A stretch of DNA of 64,000 bases from Lama glama (lineage: Eukaryota). Made by a program: the position numbers and the translations under genes. The notes under the pieces are model-generated. The model worked only from the letters and a program-made list of their open reading frames with translations, had not been told where the DNA came from and made no database searches. The stretch is from the NCBI GenBank assembly GCA_028534125.1, contig CM052818.1, forward strand, positions 4,342,001 to 4,406,000, written 5' to 3'. Positions 1 through 13,298 of this stretch are shown piece after piece (within the stretch, counting starts at the first letter, position 1; each line of letters starts with the position of its first letter).

Positions 1-439
1 ACTTTTCAAACTCTTGAGAATCACAAGTTTACAAATACATTTATAGATCAAATATATTTGCAAGAAATATACAAACCCTCTCAATTTTTTTTCGGTGGGC
101 AAACAATAGAAAGAGGCAATTCTCAAAAGAAGAAATAGCTGGGTTTAACAGACAGAACAACAGACATCTTCAATAGCATTCAAAGAAATGCGAATTAAAT
201 AAGGCAAGGTCTTACTCTTTCATAAGGTTTATAAAAAAGGTTTATAAAATATTTAGGCGACGATTTGGAGAAATGGGTATGGGAGGGGGAGAAAACAAGA
301 AGCTCTATGAGTCAGCAGCTTGAAGTGGGCTGTCAAAAAACTAACATCACTCATGGGCTAGATAAATAGAAACATGGACTCTAAATGGAAGAAAGTAATG
401 CTCTGACTCTAAATGGAGCATAACCAGTGGGTGACCATG

Positions 440-640
440 GGCCCTGGAGCTGGATGGCCCAAACCCCAGCTCTACCACATTCCAGCAATGTGACCTTGAG
501 GAAGGTTTTAAACCTCATTTTCTATATCTGGCAAATGGGAATAATGCTACTATTTCTTAGGATTACTGAGAGATTAAATAAAATAACCCATGTAAAAGCT
601 GCTTAGGGCAGTATCTAGAACCTAGGAAGCCCTCAATAAA
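440..640 (+). mobile_element. MIR SINE relic
   Basis: MIR core: tgtgaccttgag...aacctc...atctggcaaatgggaataat, followed by a 3' end ending ctcaataaat. Confidence 0.75.
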
Positions 641-2029
641 TACTTCCTCTTCCCTGTAATTCTGTGCACCTAAAGGATGTTCTAGAATCTCGATGCTGCA
701 GATAAAGTGGAGCCTGTTCAACAGAGAGTGACGGGATGGCATCTCTGGTGGGGAATTATTGAAGGAACTGCTAAGTTTTAGCCCAAAAAGGGACAGGCAG
801 AGCAGATGACTGCTGTCTTCAGAGGGGTGAAACGTTGCCATGGCTTGTTTTGAAGTCCCAGGAGGTGAAAGTTTCAGGGAAAAAATAAACTCAAACAAGT
901 TACTGCATCATTTCAGGAAGAAAGTTGAATTAGTGAGTTTTCCTGACCCCAGAGGTCTCCAAGCATGCTGGCGAATGGGTCAGCGAAAGAAATGCAGGCC
1001 ACATTGGAGAAGTTCGATTCAATATTTATCAGAATACCTAACATTCCTGTCACCCCTCAGATTCTGCACATCAGTTACAAACACCCACTGTCCATATTAT
1101 TCCTTCAGTCTCCTAATTCCAGGCGCCCCTGTCCTCATATGGAACTTTGGGCCTCATCTGCAAGCAAAAAAAAAAAAAAAAAAACCAAAACAAAACCCAA
1201 AAAACCCTCAAAGACATTTAGCATGAATAGCTAAAAATGACTCCATTAGAATTTTTTTTAAGTTACTATGATATGAAGCCCTGATTCTTTGGTTTCCCTG
1301 AGCCTCTATTGGGCAAGTTTCTTTCTCTGAGATATGTTCATACAACAAATAATGGTAGATCAGCTCCTACACGCGGACCCTGGCCTGGGGGAGGGGGTAG
1401 GAAAATGAACAAGAAGCCATCTCTGCTGTCAAAAGGTTCGCGAGCCAACGGGGGAGAGTGCCCTTGACCAGCGACTCCAGACCAGTGTGATGAACACACA
1501 AACTGGGACAAGCCTTCCTGTGGGTGTGCAGTTTCCCAGAAAGAAGCCATGACTCATCTCTGAGGGAGGGGCAGCTCGGTTGTGGGGTGCCGAACCCCCC
1601 CCCCAGGATCCTCCCACCAAGTGAAGACACCTTCCTTCACTTCTCCTTTGCCCCAAACTTCCCTTTTCACACGTTTCCGGCTAGAATTCTAAGGAACGCT
1701 ACCGTATGGTTAGAACTACATATTAAAGCAAAGCAGAACTGTGAGTTATGCTCATCCATTCTCCCACACTCGTGGGACGTGTTATTTGAAGCTGGTGCTG
1801 CATGAAATGAGATCCTTATTTCTGCTGCATCGTAAATTGCATCATCCACATTTGCCGCGTGATCCATGACGCCACCTGTGTAACAGCCTCAAGAAATGGC
1901 CATCGGGGGCCTGTTTAAATACTTGGAAGACGAGGAAATGAATCTGTTCACTAGTATATTTTTTACACAAATAAACTCTTCCGGTTTGGACAATTCCTCA
2001 GTAAAAACATATTAGGTAAGCAACAGAGA

Positions 2030-2630
2030 AATGGCACAGAGTGCTTACCAGCATGATGTCTGGAGTTTTAGGGATTTGGGTTCAAATCTCAACTTTGCCT
2101 CTTCGGGCCTGTGTGGCCTTAGGCAAGTTCCTTAGTTTTTCCAAACCTTAGTCTTTTCATTTGTAAAACAAAACTAATACAGTTCCCATTGTCATAAAGA
2201 CTAAATGAGATAATACTCTTAGAGGGCCTATCTCTATGCCCAGCTTGCAGTTGGTTCTCAAAATACGGTATCCACACACACAGATAGAATGACACAGTTT
2301 TGCAGGCGATGCCGTAAAGTCATCCTGGTGTTCAGTTCTCCTGGGTACCACCCATCACAACAACAGTGCTTTGGAAAAGACGATCCCCTCAATAAGAGCC
2401 CATGAAGGCCATGTGCAATGTGATTAGGCGCGGCTCTTTGTGAAACTGGGGCCACGCTAGCGGGTTCCAGTCCAGCTCTGCCACTTAATAGCTGTGTGAC
2501 CTCAGGCAAGGCCCTTTGCGTCTCTGTACCTCACTTCATTATCTGTAAAGTGAGGATAATTGTTGTACCCATTTTATAGGGTTGTCATAAGTTTTTAAAT
2601 GCACTGACGCATTAAATGCTCAGATTTGCC
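2030..2630 (+). mobile_element. Two MIR SINE relics (about 2030-2250 and 2455-2630)
   Basis: Each has gggttc..., tgtgtg(g/a)cct(t/c)aggcaag and (t/c)tgtaaa core motifs. Confidence 0.7.
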
Positions 2631-5600
2631 CCTGCTGCGGGGCAAGAACCACGTACATTGATGGTGAATCAGTGATGACAGTGAACAGTGGGTGTAAATC
2701 GAGGCGCATTATTATTTCATTGTGTCCAGAAGACAGGTGCCATGTGGCAGAATTGCTGGGCCGGGACCCCTGAGTCCTGCTCTCTGTTTCCCCCCAGGCT
2801 TTCCATCTTCTGCATCAGCTTTTTGCAGTCTTTCTATTTCTTGGCCAAGCCCCCTGTCCTTCGCTTTCTCACCACCCCAATCCCTGTGCTTTCTCCCAGC
2901 CTCACCAGCCACCGAAATCCCTAATACACTCCTTGGAGCAGCCCCGCCACTCAACGTGCTTGCTGGATTGGTTGTCGCAGAAATGCCGGTTGGCCCCGTA
3001 AACCTCTAGGAATGAGGTTGGTTTGGGATGTGACTTGGTAGAGTCTAGGTGATTGGTTGCATGGAACCTGCCCCTCTCTCTGTTTTTAAGCTCTGAGTTT
3101 CAACATATCCAAATCAGTAGTACGTTTTCAAGAACCTCCAATGTATGTTTATGTTGACTGGCTGGAAGTAATCCCCTTATCAGAGAGAAAGGAAAGTTGA
3201 CAAGGTCACTACCCCCAGCCTTGCCCACAGTGCAGTTTGTCCAGGCCCCACTCTGGCTCTGCAGACTTCATCCAACTGCCCTTCTGCTGGCCTGGGGAGC
3301 CCACCTTTCAGAATGACTGGATTTGAATCCCAGGTCATCTTGTTACAGCTGTTCGACTGTGAGCAAGTCACGTATTCTCTCTGAGCCTCAGTTTTCCCAT
3401 CTGTAAGATGGGAATAAAGATACCATGGCACGGGGTGGTTAAGTTTGAACGAAGTGAAGTTAATACAATGGCTAGCTGCTATACATTAAGCTCTATGTAC
3501 TCTTTTTTTTTTTTGTCAAAATGGCAAGACTTTGAGGCAAGGAAATCTGGATCTTGTTTAAAATGAAAAAGCTACAAAATGACCAAATCATGTATTTTCC
3601 CCTCCTGCTCTTAACCATCATCTTTATTTAAAGATCTTAGGCAGGAGGCAAAGAAGGAAACCTGAACTGTGAAATGTGGATGGTTATCTTGCACAGAAGA
3701 AAAGCAGAAACATTTTACAGCCCGTGCCATTGACCACTGACCCCAAGATTTCTAACTTGACAAAACGCTTGCACCAGTATATTCTAATGGTATATTTTTT
3801 CCACCTCAAATAGCTTTATCTCCAATAAAAAGAATATTTCATAAAACAAAAATAAGGAGAAAGATATTCTTTATTACCCCCGAGGTATCTTAAACTGCAT
3901 AAGAAGAAAAGGTGAACGGGAGGCAGATTTATATATCATTGTCCATCATGGTTTAGCATCAATTCCCACAGTCCAGGCATCTCACAGCCTTGTCAGAAAG
4001 ATCTCCAAGCTCCTTCTTCACTATTAGCTTGACAACCAACCCAGGAAGCAGGACGTATGCCCATCAGCATCTAGAAGGGGACTCCCAACCTACTGACATG
4101 TACAGCACCCTTGATACCAATAATCATTGTCACTTATGTGGCACCTACTGTGTGCTAGGGTCCTGACATATACTTTTTAACCTGGAAGAAGCTGAAATAA
4201 GTGCGACATCTAAATAAGCTAAAAACTTTAACATCTTATTGGGAAATTCTGGCTTCAGGTGTAGTTCTGGAGCTGACAGAGGAAATATTTCTTTTTTTTT
4301 TTTTTTGACAGAGGAAATATTTCTACAGCAAACGTTTCTTTAAAATTACAAATTAGTGGACCTTAATATATGATAACAACCAGTGTTCAAAAAGTCCCAG
4401 AGAGAAATGCAGAAACTATGAAAGATGTAAATTGTAGACATGCAAATTATGGGAAATGTAAATTGTGGAAAAATCAATATGAAATTTCAATATGTTTTTC
4501 CCTAGGTGCATTTTCTAAACTGACATTCACAGGACATAAGCTGAGAGAATTACTCTCACTAATTAAAAACTATTTCTTAATTTAAGCCTATACACTTGAC
4601 AACCCTAACTCTTCCATCCTCATGTTCTAGTGGGCAGACTCACTTACTAGAGATTTAGACTTCAATTTCTTTGTAATTTATAGAGTTTAAAATATGAGTA
4701 TACAAACTTAGCAACAACAATTTGCATTATAAGATGCTTAGGTTGTTTTGGGATTTTTTTTTTTGAGGGGAAAAAGAAACCTTTGCAACCTTTGCAGAAA
4801 ATATTTCCATCCACCTACTCTTCTCAGAGGACACTAGCCTAAGCGGTCAGGGAAGAAATGTCAAAACTAGTTATTATTGGTTTTCAAAGAGAGTATGAAT
4901 GTCTATTGCAAAGAATCTGCATACGTCTCTGTGTATACATGTGTCTTTTCCAAAGAATGTTTCAAAATATGGCCAGTTAGAGAGAACACCAGCTGAGGGC
5001 TCACTTATTCTCTGGCATCTGCCTGTAACTCTCACAGCCATAGACACATTACAAACCCTGACCTAGACTGAATTTACTTTAAGGAAACCCCAGTGTACCA
5101 ACAAGACTCAGGGCCAGGAGTTGGGGAGTCTGTCTGTCACAGCCTTGTGACCTCGAGCAGTCCCCCAGCTTCTGGAAATGACGGAATGAGGTCAGATGGT
5201 CCATGGTCCCTTCCAGAGGTAAATCAACACAGACTCAAGCAGCCATACGTGCTGTTTAACCCCCTCATATGTAGGACATTTCAGGCTAAAATGTTAAACC
5301 ATGAATGGCCTGAAACAGAGCCCCGTGACACTCTCAGTTAATTAAAAAGCTGAACCTCTGCAGGAACGGACTAAATCACGTGGGTCAATGTGAGGGTACG
5401 TGTTCACATAGGTGTTGTCCACAGGATGCCAACAAGCGGCGTGCGAACCCACCCTAGTGGGAGTCTTACAGCAACACCACATTCACTGGGCGTCAGGATA
5501 AAAACCAGCAGTGCTACCAAAATTCAATTTCCTGATGCCACGCCAGTGAGACTCAGCAATTACGAGTAAACGCACGTCTGTTTTCTAATCTTCAACAGGG

Positions 5601-6168
5601 TACCTCTACCTGCCATCTCAACGGCACACAGTACAAACTGACTATGAACTGTGAATGAAGAGATTTCAGTCCAATAAAGAAAAGATAAAGAAGATACAAT
5701 TACTGTATCACTATGTTAGCTCATCTTTTATCATTTTCTTCTTCCTCCTCTCCATAAAATAAAAAGAGGCGGAGGGGAATTTAAATCACGAATGAATGGT
5801 CTCATGGAGTAACCGCTCTAGCAGACCAGTCTGAGTCTTGGAGCATAACATACCTGCGTGACTCTTACAAAGGATGCTCTAAGTCATGGGGGACGTTGCC
5901 TAGGACCTCACCTTCCAGACCCTGCCGCCTGGAATTCTCAGCCACACAAAATCAAGCTGTACTGGCACCTGGCTGGATTAGTTCACCTTTAAGAACCAAA
6001 AAGCAGTGGAACACGTGCTGGCTTCTCCCAGCCAACCTCACACTCTACGTGCTGTGATGCGCTCCTGTTTCAGCCCAACAGGTTCAGCGGGCAGTGAGTG
6101 CCAAGCTGGACCCCAATCGTCCCCAACCCTCCCTCCAGGGACGCCCCTGTAGGTGGCACCCCGCTTAC

Positions 6169-6210
6169 CTTCTTCACAAGGTAGCCCTCCCTGATCCGCT
6201 TCGGCTCCAT
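6169..6210 (-). CDS. PLEK: Pleckstrin, first coding exon (14 codons, MEPKRIREGYLVKK); the remainder of the gene lies left of the window
   Basis: Reverse complement reads ATG GAG CCG AAG CGG ATC AGG GAG GGC TAC CTT GTG AAG AAG followed by a GTAAGC donor at 6168. The Kozak context is good (gacATGG). The peptide matches the pleckstrin N-terminus, and PLEK is the known divergent neighbour of CNRIP1. No exon 2 was seen in 1-6168. Confidence 0.96.
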
Positions 6211-6420
6211 GTCGGATGGACAAACAGGCGGCCGGGTCCCGTCTCAGACACGTCGTCCCAGAAGCTCGCCCTCCTCTGAGAGCTGGGGCCGATGTTGGTG
6301 GCTTTTCTAGAGCCACAGCCCTTTCACAATTTCCCGTAGGCTGGTGACCGCGTGATCACACCCTCTTCCCCTCACCCGGGTGGAAGATCAGAAAAAGGAA
6401 CTGCAGAGCAAAACAACCCA
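6211..6420 (-). promoter_or_regulatory. PLEK: PLEK 5' UTR and proximal promoter with PU.1/ETS-like and C/EBP-like motifs
   Basis: Directly upstream of the PLEK ATG. Purine-rich GGAA motifs at 6391-6403 (gaaaaaggaactg) and 6362-6373 (GAGGGGAAGAGG on -), and a C/EBP-like tttcacaat at 6322-6330. Local CpG enrichment. The TSS cannot be determined from sequence. Confidence 0.6.
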
Positions 6421-7239
6421 CTCTTTGCTAATGTTGGAAACATTGAAAGTACAACCGGGTTGAATATTTATTCAAGGTAAATTTTTATGGCCATTAAAAA
6501 AAAATCATTCTCCTGAAGAGAAGAAAAAATGAAAACTAAAAAACAAAAAATAAAACGCAATCTTGTAAATCAACTATACTTTAAAAAATTAAAAAATAAA
6601 AAATATATGATAAAAGGAAGAGGAAAATGAACAAGAAAACGCTACTGGTGGAAATGGCCCTGGCTGAGGAATTGGTCCTGAGATCCCAGAAACGCTTAAT
6701 AAAAAGGCCAAGAAATTCAGAACCGTCTGGTTAGCATAACAAAGGCACAAGCTAGTAAGTGAACACCTGCTTCTATCTCAGGTATTCTGCTTGGTGTTTC
6801 TCAGCCGACCTCATTTAACATAGTTCTTACAAGAAACCCCCAGGGGAAGGTACATTGTTGTCTGTATCTTAGACATAAGGAATCTCATGGTCAGAGAAGA
6901 AAGCAGTTGTCTTAAGGTGAAATTGCAGGTAAGAGATAGAACAGAAGCGTAGGGAGGGTCCCCACCCGGGTGGCACTGCCTCCCATCGCACCTGAGATCC
7001 GAGTGTCACACAGAACGCTAACCCCACAACAGGACTGTGAAAAGAAGTCCACACTCAAGCATGTTAGACAAATTGTATGCTATAGCCCCAGTTTGGTGGC
7101 CCCCCTCTCAGATTAACAAATTAAAGACCCTCCCAAGATACTACGGCTGAGCATCCTATTGTAATGGTGTTTAATCCTGTGCTTCCCAAATTTATTTGAC
7201 CGCAGAATTCTTTTTTGAGCAGTTTCTATGAACATTCTT

Positions 7240-8200
7240 GTTATGAGTTGAATTGTGTTTCCTCCCCCACCCCCTACAACAGTCCTACTAACCCTCTGTA
7301 CCTTAGAATGTGACTTCATTTGGCAACAGTGTTATTGCAGATGTAATCAGTTAAGATGAGGTTACACTGAAGTAGGTGGGTCCTTAAATATCCAATATGA
7401 CTAGTGTCCTTAGAAGAAGAGGAGGGAAGTTTATAATCATACCGTGGAATATTATACACCAGTGAAAAGCATGGTCCCTTGTAAAATATGTCTGAATCTC
7501 CATATACAGCTGAGGGAAAGAAGCAAGATACACAGAAACAAAAATGTGCAGTATCACTCACTTATTTTCATTCAAAAATAAGTAAAAATCACCCATGGGG
7601 TTGTAAGTCAGGAAAGCTCTTTCCTTTGGAGAGGAAAAAATGAATAGTGATTAAAAATGGGATGTGATGGGAGAGGCTAGTGATGGAGAGATACTGGAAA
7701 CATTCTAGGTCCTGAACTATGTGGTGATTACACATGTGTGTTCACTCTGATCATTTATCCAGCTGTATCTTTATAGTTGTGCCATTTTCTTTATGTATTA
7801 CTTTGATTAAAATGTTTATAGTAGAAAAAAAATCTTACTGTTTGATTTTTGTTTCCATTGTGGTTTAGAGAGAATAAAGAACAATGATTCTGTTGTGTTT
7901 TTTTTTTTTTTAAAAAAGAAGAGGAGTGAGACACAGAGAGAGAAGACGGCCATGTAACAGCAGAGGCAGAGATTGGAGCATTTCTCTACATGCCAAAAAA
8001 TGCCAAGGATTGCCAGCAAATACCAACAGCTAGAAGAAGCAGGCTAGGATTCCCTTCTAAAGCAGTCAGAGAGAGCGTGGCCTGGCCAATGCCTTGATTT
8101 CTGACTTCTAGCCTCTAGATCTGTGAGACAATAAATGTCTGTTGTTCTAAGTCATCCAGTTTATGGTATTTTTCCAGAGCAGCCCCAGGACACTGCTACA
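7240..8200 (+). mobile_element. MaLR LTR (MLT1C-like) interrupted by an old L1 3' fragment (about 7430-7900)
   Basis: Starts tgttatgagttgaattgtg and ends with ...aataaatgtctgttgttctaagtcatccagtttatggtattt...aca. The internal segment resembles an L1M 3' UTR. Confidence 0.75.
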
Positions 8201-8926
8201 CTTTGGAAAACCTAGTGTTCTACAGAACAGACTTTGAGAGTGTTAATCTTGTCGTGTGAAAACGGGCAGGCTATTTAATCATCTGTGCCTCAGTTTTCTC
8301 ACCTGTAGAATGGGAGTAATAACATCTATTCAATGGGGTCATTTGGAAGATTAAATAAGAATACAGGTAAATGCTTAGAAAAGTGTCTGGAGCCTAGTAC
8401 GTGTCCATATATGTTAGTAATGCCTCATTTTCAAGGAATCTCCATTTCTTTATGGCTAGTCCTTTTCAATAAGCCCAGCAGAGATTAAAGACGTAACATA
8501 GGACTAGATTTTTGATTAGTTCCGCTTCTGCATTACATCAGTCAGTATCCTTTGACTGCAGCCAATGGACACCAACTCTGGCTTGTCTAGGCAAATAGGA
8601 ATTTACTAGAAGAGAGTGGGGTGGCTCATAGACTTGAAGGAAAAAGGAAAGACCCAGGTCTTTGAAAGAACAGGAACTAGGACAGTTGTGGGGTTCCAGG
8701 AAACAAGAACTAACGGCCCATCTCTTTGAGACACCAAGCTGAAAGAATCCCAGTGGTTTTCAGGCTTCCCAAGGGTTTCCAGGGACTGGGCTCTTGGTTG
8801 GCCTCACTTGGCTTAGTGCTTACCCATCAGCCATCCGAAGAGGGAGCATGTGAACTGACAGCCCCATCAGGGTAGTGCCCAACGTGGGAAGCGTTCATCC
8901 CCAAGGGGAGAAATCAAGGTACTATT

Positions 8927-9076
8927 TTTTAAAATTAACTTTAAAATTTTTTTAGCCGGGGAGATAATTAGATTCATGTATTTATTGCTTTTAACTGAGG
9001 TACTGGGGATTGGACCCAGGACCTCATGCATGCTAAGCATGTGCTCTGCCACTGAGCTCTACCCTCCCCTCCCCAC
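8927..9076 (-). mobile_element. tRNA-Ala-derived camelid-type SINE (Vic-1-like) inside an older MaLR LTR
   Basis: Reverse strand reads ggggagggtagagctcagtggcagagcacatgcttagcatgcatgaggtcctgggtccaatccccagtacctc. Degenerate TSD caaggtactatt (8915-8926) / caagatgctatt (9077-9088). Confidence 0.85.
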
Positions 9077-11055
9077 CAAGATGCTATTAACAGTAGAAGA
9101 ATGAAATGTTCCTATGCAGGCAAAACCAACAGATGTACAAAGACGGCATGAAAGGAACCAGGAAAGTCAAGGGCAGGAAGAACCTCTGTTTTGGGGGTTT
9201 CCTAAGAGATTCCTGATTCATGCTTCTCCTTCCTCCCAGCTGTGGATCTAACCAGCAGTCACTGCCCTCTATTCTCCACTTTGTATTTTATGCTAATCGC
9301 TGGTGTAAAAATTATAGATGGCTTTCCATCAGTTTCTCACTGCACCAAAATTAATAAGAAATTATTAGAAACTTGTGGAGGGTAAGAGTGGAAGAGTCAA
9401 CATTTGATGGCAACTGGGCAGAAGAGAATCAAATAAAGGGTAACTTGTCATGTCCGCATTGAAACAAGTATGTTGCTATGTTTGTGTTTGGACAGGCAAT
9501 GGAAACCGTTCACAGATTTACCAAGTCTAATTTCACGGCTAAATGTATCTCTTTTTGTTTAATTAACCTAGTGACTTCTAATCTATGTTTTCTTTTCTTT
9601 ATCCTCATATGACCAGAGGTCTTAACAAATCCTAACTCCAAAATACCTTAACTCTTGGATGCTGACAGTGTAAAAGCATCCCCCGCGTTCTGAAGAATTC
9701 ATTTCAAGAAATACGTATTGAATGCTTACAGTGTAAAAATGCCTTGCCACTCAGGAGCTTCCCAAATGTGTTAATCAGCTAAACAACTTACCATGGATGG
9801 GTTAGACGCTGCCACATCCGCTCCTCCTCCTCCTGCCGGGGTGGGGTCTCGCGCCTGCTTAGCGACCCCTACTGGTCAGTAGAGGGATCTGTCTGAATCA
9901 AGGACGTATTAGGACTTCCCCCTTCTCTTTCGAGAGTCTTGAGCAAAAAATGCTCTTCCGCTCTGGCAGCTCCCATTCCCAGATCAAATCATTAGATCTC
10001 TTCCAATATCTTTTTTTATGTGCATGTGTGTAGGCTTACTTTTAAAAATCCCTTTCTGTCCTACTTTCCTACTTTTAATTCTCCCACATCGGGTCAATAC
10101 CTTGAAAACATTCGTATAGTACATTTTATTGGTGTAAGGAAAATTTAAGACTTTGGAACTAGTTAAAAAAAAAAAAAAGGATTACGTGCATCTCCAGTAG
10201 AAGACTATGCATCATTTTCACACCTTTCCAGGTTATCCGATTCTATGTAGTTTTACGATTTTCCTTGTATTTGAATTATTTTACAACCCTATAAATTGTG
10301 GCTAACTGATTCCAATGCAAATAATTCTTGTCTATGAACATGCAAATAAATTCTGTCTGATGAAGTTTCAATAGACTCCATGCTACTCCACTACCCTACC
10401 CCACCCCCCATGGAAAAAGCCAAATTGTTTGCCCATTTGGAAACTGATTTTTATGTTCCTCTACTCCATATGAATTTGTCTTTGACTTCTCCTTTGAACC
10501 AGTTGTGATCTCTAACAAGGTCCCTCTTCAAATCATGAGCTAAGAAAAATTTTCATTATATTATATGTGAGTCATGATTTTATTTTTAAACATGTTTTAA
10601 TTTGTTTTTTAAATTAAATTTTTTAAAAGGTATGCTTCAGAGTTGGTAACTCCAAAAAGGTCTTATGTCTGGCTGAGAAATATCAGAATACTGTTCATGC
10701 TTAACCTAAATAAAGGGAATAAACCAGGGAAGAGTCTGAGGTCTACCTACATGCAAACTAACAAGCAGTCTGCACAGTTTTGTGGAACTTACCAGAAGAC
10801 ACCAGACTTCCGGAACTTACAATGGGACGAAGAGCTTTGTTACAACACAATGGGCAAGATAAGCTTCACGTTTGTGTTGTTCCTCCTGCCTCAACTGCTG
10901 TGAGGCAAGATGAAGTAGTCCAGAAGGATGCTGCAAGTGCAGAAGGTTCGCATCACAGCTGAGGATCCCCGAGAATAGGGAATCCAAATTTTTGGTCATG
11001 CACTGCAAGCAAACCTGCTTGAACTTTGCCTCATTGGGAGATATTATCTTTATTA

Positions 11056-11664
11056 TGTAACCAAGCAGGACCCCATGGGGGACCCCATGTCCTCTGCCTG
11101 CCTCTTGTTTGCAGAAAAAATTTAGCCTTCTCAGTGTTCCCTGAGTTCCAAAGAAAAAATTTAATCAGAGAGGTGAGAAAATGCAGAAACAGGAAAACAG
11201 TCAAGCGAGACAAAATAATCATAGTCTAGCCATTAAACAAAGTCAAGAACATTTAGTTCCTCCTCAAGGGCTATAGATAACATTCTGGACCATGTCCTCT
11301 GAGCTGTTTTGCCAATACTGAAACCCTCACCACGTGCAAGAAGCTAACTGCATTCTGACCACAAGGACGTAGACCTCAGACTGGTTGGAACCAGAAGGTT
11401 GATGATGTTCGCTCCTGATAACCTCACCACCAGCCCATCAGAAGAATGTCCATGAGCCGATCATGCACCCCACAACCCTCTCCCTCACCCTGTCTTTTAA
11501 AATCTTTCCCCGAAAGCCATCAGGGCCTTTTGAGTATTAGCCACCCGCCCATACTCCTTGCTTGATGCTACAGTAAATGCTGCACTTCCCTTCACCACAA
11601 CCCAGTGGTGGTAGATTGCCTTTACTGCACGTGGGTGCACGGCCCCAAGTTGACTTCAGTAACA
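11056..11664 (+). mobile_element. ERV1-type solo LTR (609 bp)
   Basis: TGTAA...TAACA termini with an exact 4-bp TSD ATTA (11052-11055 and 11665-11668); AGTAAA poly(A)-like signal near 11572. Confidence 0.85.
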
Positions 11665-12139
11665 ATTATACTGGCCAGTACACAAATCTGCCCGTGCTCT
11701 GCAGAGAGACACTATCTCTACCCTCCAAGGCTGTTGTTCACTATACAACCGTCCATGAAAAGATAGTGCTTCCTCTTGCAAGTTGTAGAGAAACACAGGC
11801 GATCCGCGAAGAATTATCTCCTGACCAGAGGAAAGCCTTAAGTTGTTCATTTATTTAAATCCATTAGAGAATACCTGGTTGCTGCCCAATGGGCAACCGG
11901 CTCAAAATAGGTAACTAAGCACACATACTAAGACGCTCCTCCCAACAGACACGTGACACAAAATTCATGTGGAAATGATAATAGAAATATAAAAGTGTGC
12001 ACATGCATGTGCCCAGTTTCTTCAATGAAAGCATTTCCACACATCTGTTTCCTTCCTTCATCAGCTGAGAAGGCCCAGGAGCAACAACTCTCTGATAGCA
12101 ACAGGCACAAGGCTGTAGACGTACGTGGCTCCAAAATTC

Positions 12140-12476
12140 CTAGGTTGCAGTTCTAATTCCCAGTGTGATGGTGTTAGGAGATGGGGCCTCTGAGAGGTAA
12201 TGAGGCCATGAGGGTGGAGCCCTCATGAATGGGATTAGTGCCCAATGAAAAGACACCAGAAATCTTGCTTCCTCTCTCTCTGCTCTCCTGCCACATGGAG
12301 ACACAATGAGGAGACGGTAGTCTGCAGCCTGGAAGAAGGCCCTCATCAGAACCGAACTATGCTCCACCCCAATCAGACTTGCAGCCCTCAGAGCTGTGAG
12401 AAACAAATTTCTGTCATTTATCAGACACTCAGTCTGCAGTAGCTTGTTACAGCAGCCTAAACTGACTGAGACATAC
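12140..12476 (+). mobile_element. MaLR LTR (MLT1A-like)
   Basis: catgagggtggagccctcatgaatgggattagtgccc ... gttacagcagcctaaactgactgagaca is typical MLT1A/MST sequence. Confidence 0.8.
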
Positions 12477-12764
12477 ACCCAGTGCCCCAGATCTTGATAC
12501 ACCATCTCCTGTGAAAGGAACTAGGGCTCTTTGGAGAGTGAGATGATTCTAGGATTGGGGCGGGAAATATACGAGATGAGCCTGTCTTGCAGTGTCAGAA
12601 AGTAAGGAAGTGCTAAATAAATAAATAAAACCACAATGATGGGTTATGTCGAACGAACACAGGTGCCAGCTGAAAGAGGTCCCAGTGGCCAAAGCTGGGA
12701 AAAGTTGGGCAACAAAATACATAAAGTAGCATTTTTTTTTTCAGAAACTAAAGTGACTTTCTTT

Positions 12765-13108
12765 TTAATTGAGATATAGTCAGTTGACAATGTTATGTCA
12801 ATTTCTGGTCTACAGCCTAATGTTTCAGTCATACATATACATACATATATACGTTTTCATATTCTTTTTCATTATAGGTTAACTACAAGATATTGAATAT
12901 AATTCCCTGCGCTACACAGAAGAAACTTGTTTTCCTATTTCATATATAGTAGTTAGTATCTGCAAATCTCATGGTCGCAACTTACCCCTTCTCTCCCCTT
13001 TCCCCACTGGTTATCATGTTAGTTTTCTATGTCTGTATGTCAGCTTCTGTTTTGTAAATAAGTTCACTTTTTTTCAGATTACACATGTGAGATATCATAT
13101 GGTATTTT
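12765..13108 (-). mobile_element. L1 3' UTR fragment
   Basis: ttttttaattgagatatagtcagttgacaatgtt... is the antisense L1 3' end of artiodactyl type. Confidence 0.8.
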
Positions 13109-13298
13109 TATTAATAATTAATTAATTAATTAATTAATTAAACAAACAAACCTAATTACCACCCTACCCCCAACAAAAGAAAATATACAACTCCTTTGAC
13201 TCAGCAGTCAGGATCCCCCACACCTTGAGAAGAACTATAGTTGTGGGGAGGAAGTATAACCATGAGGATGTTTTTTGCTGCGTGGTTTATATATAATA

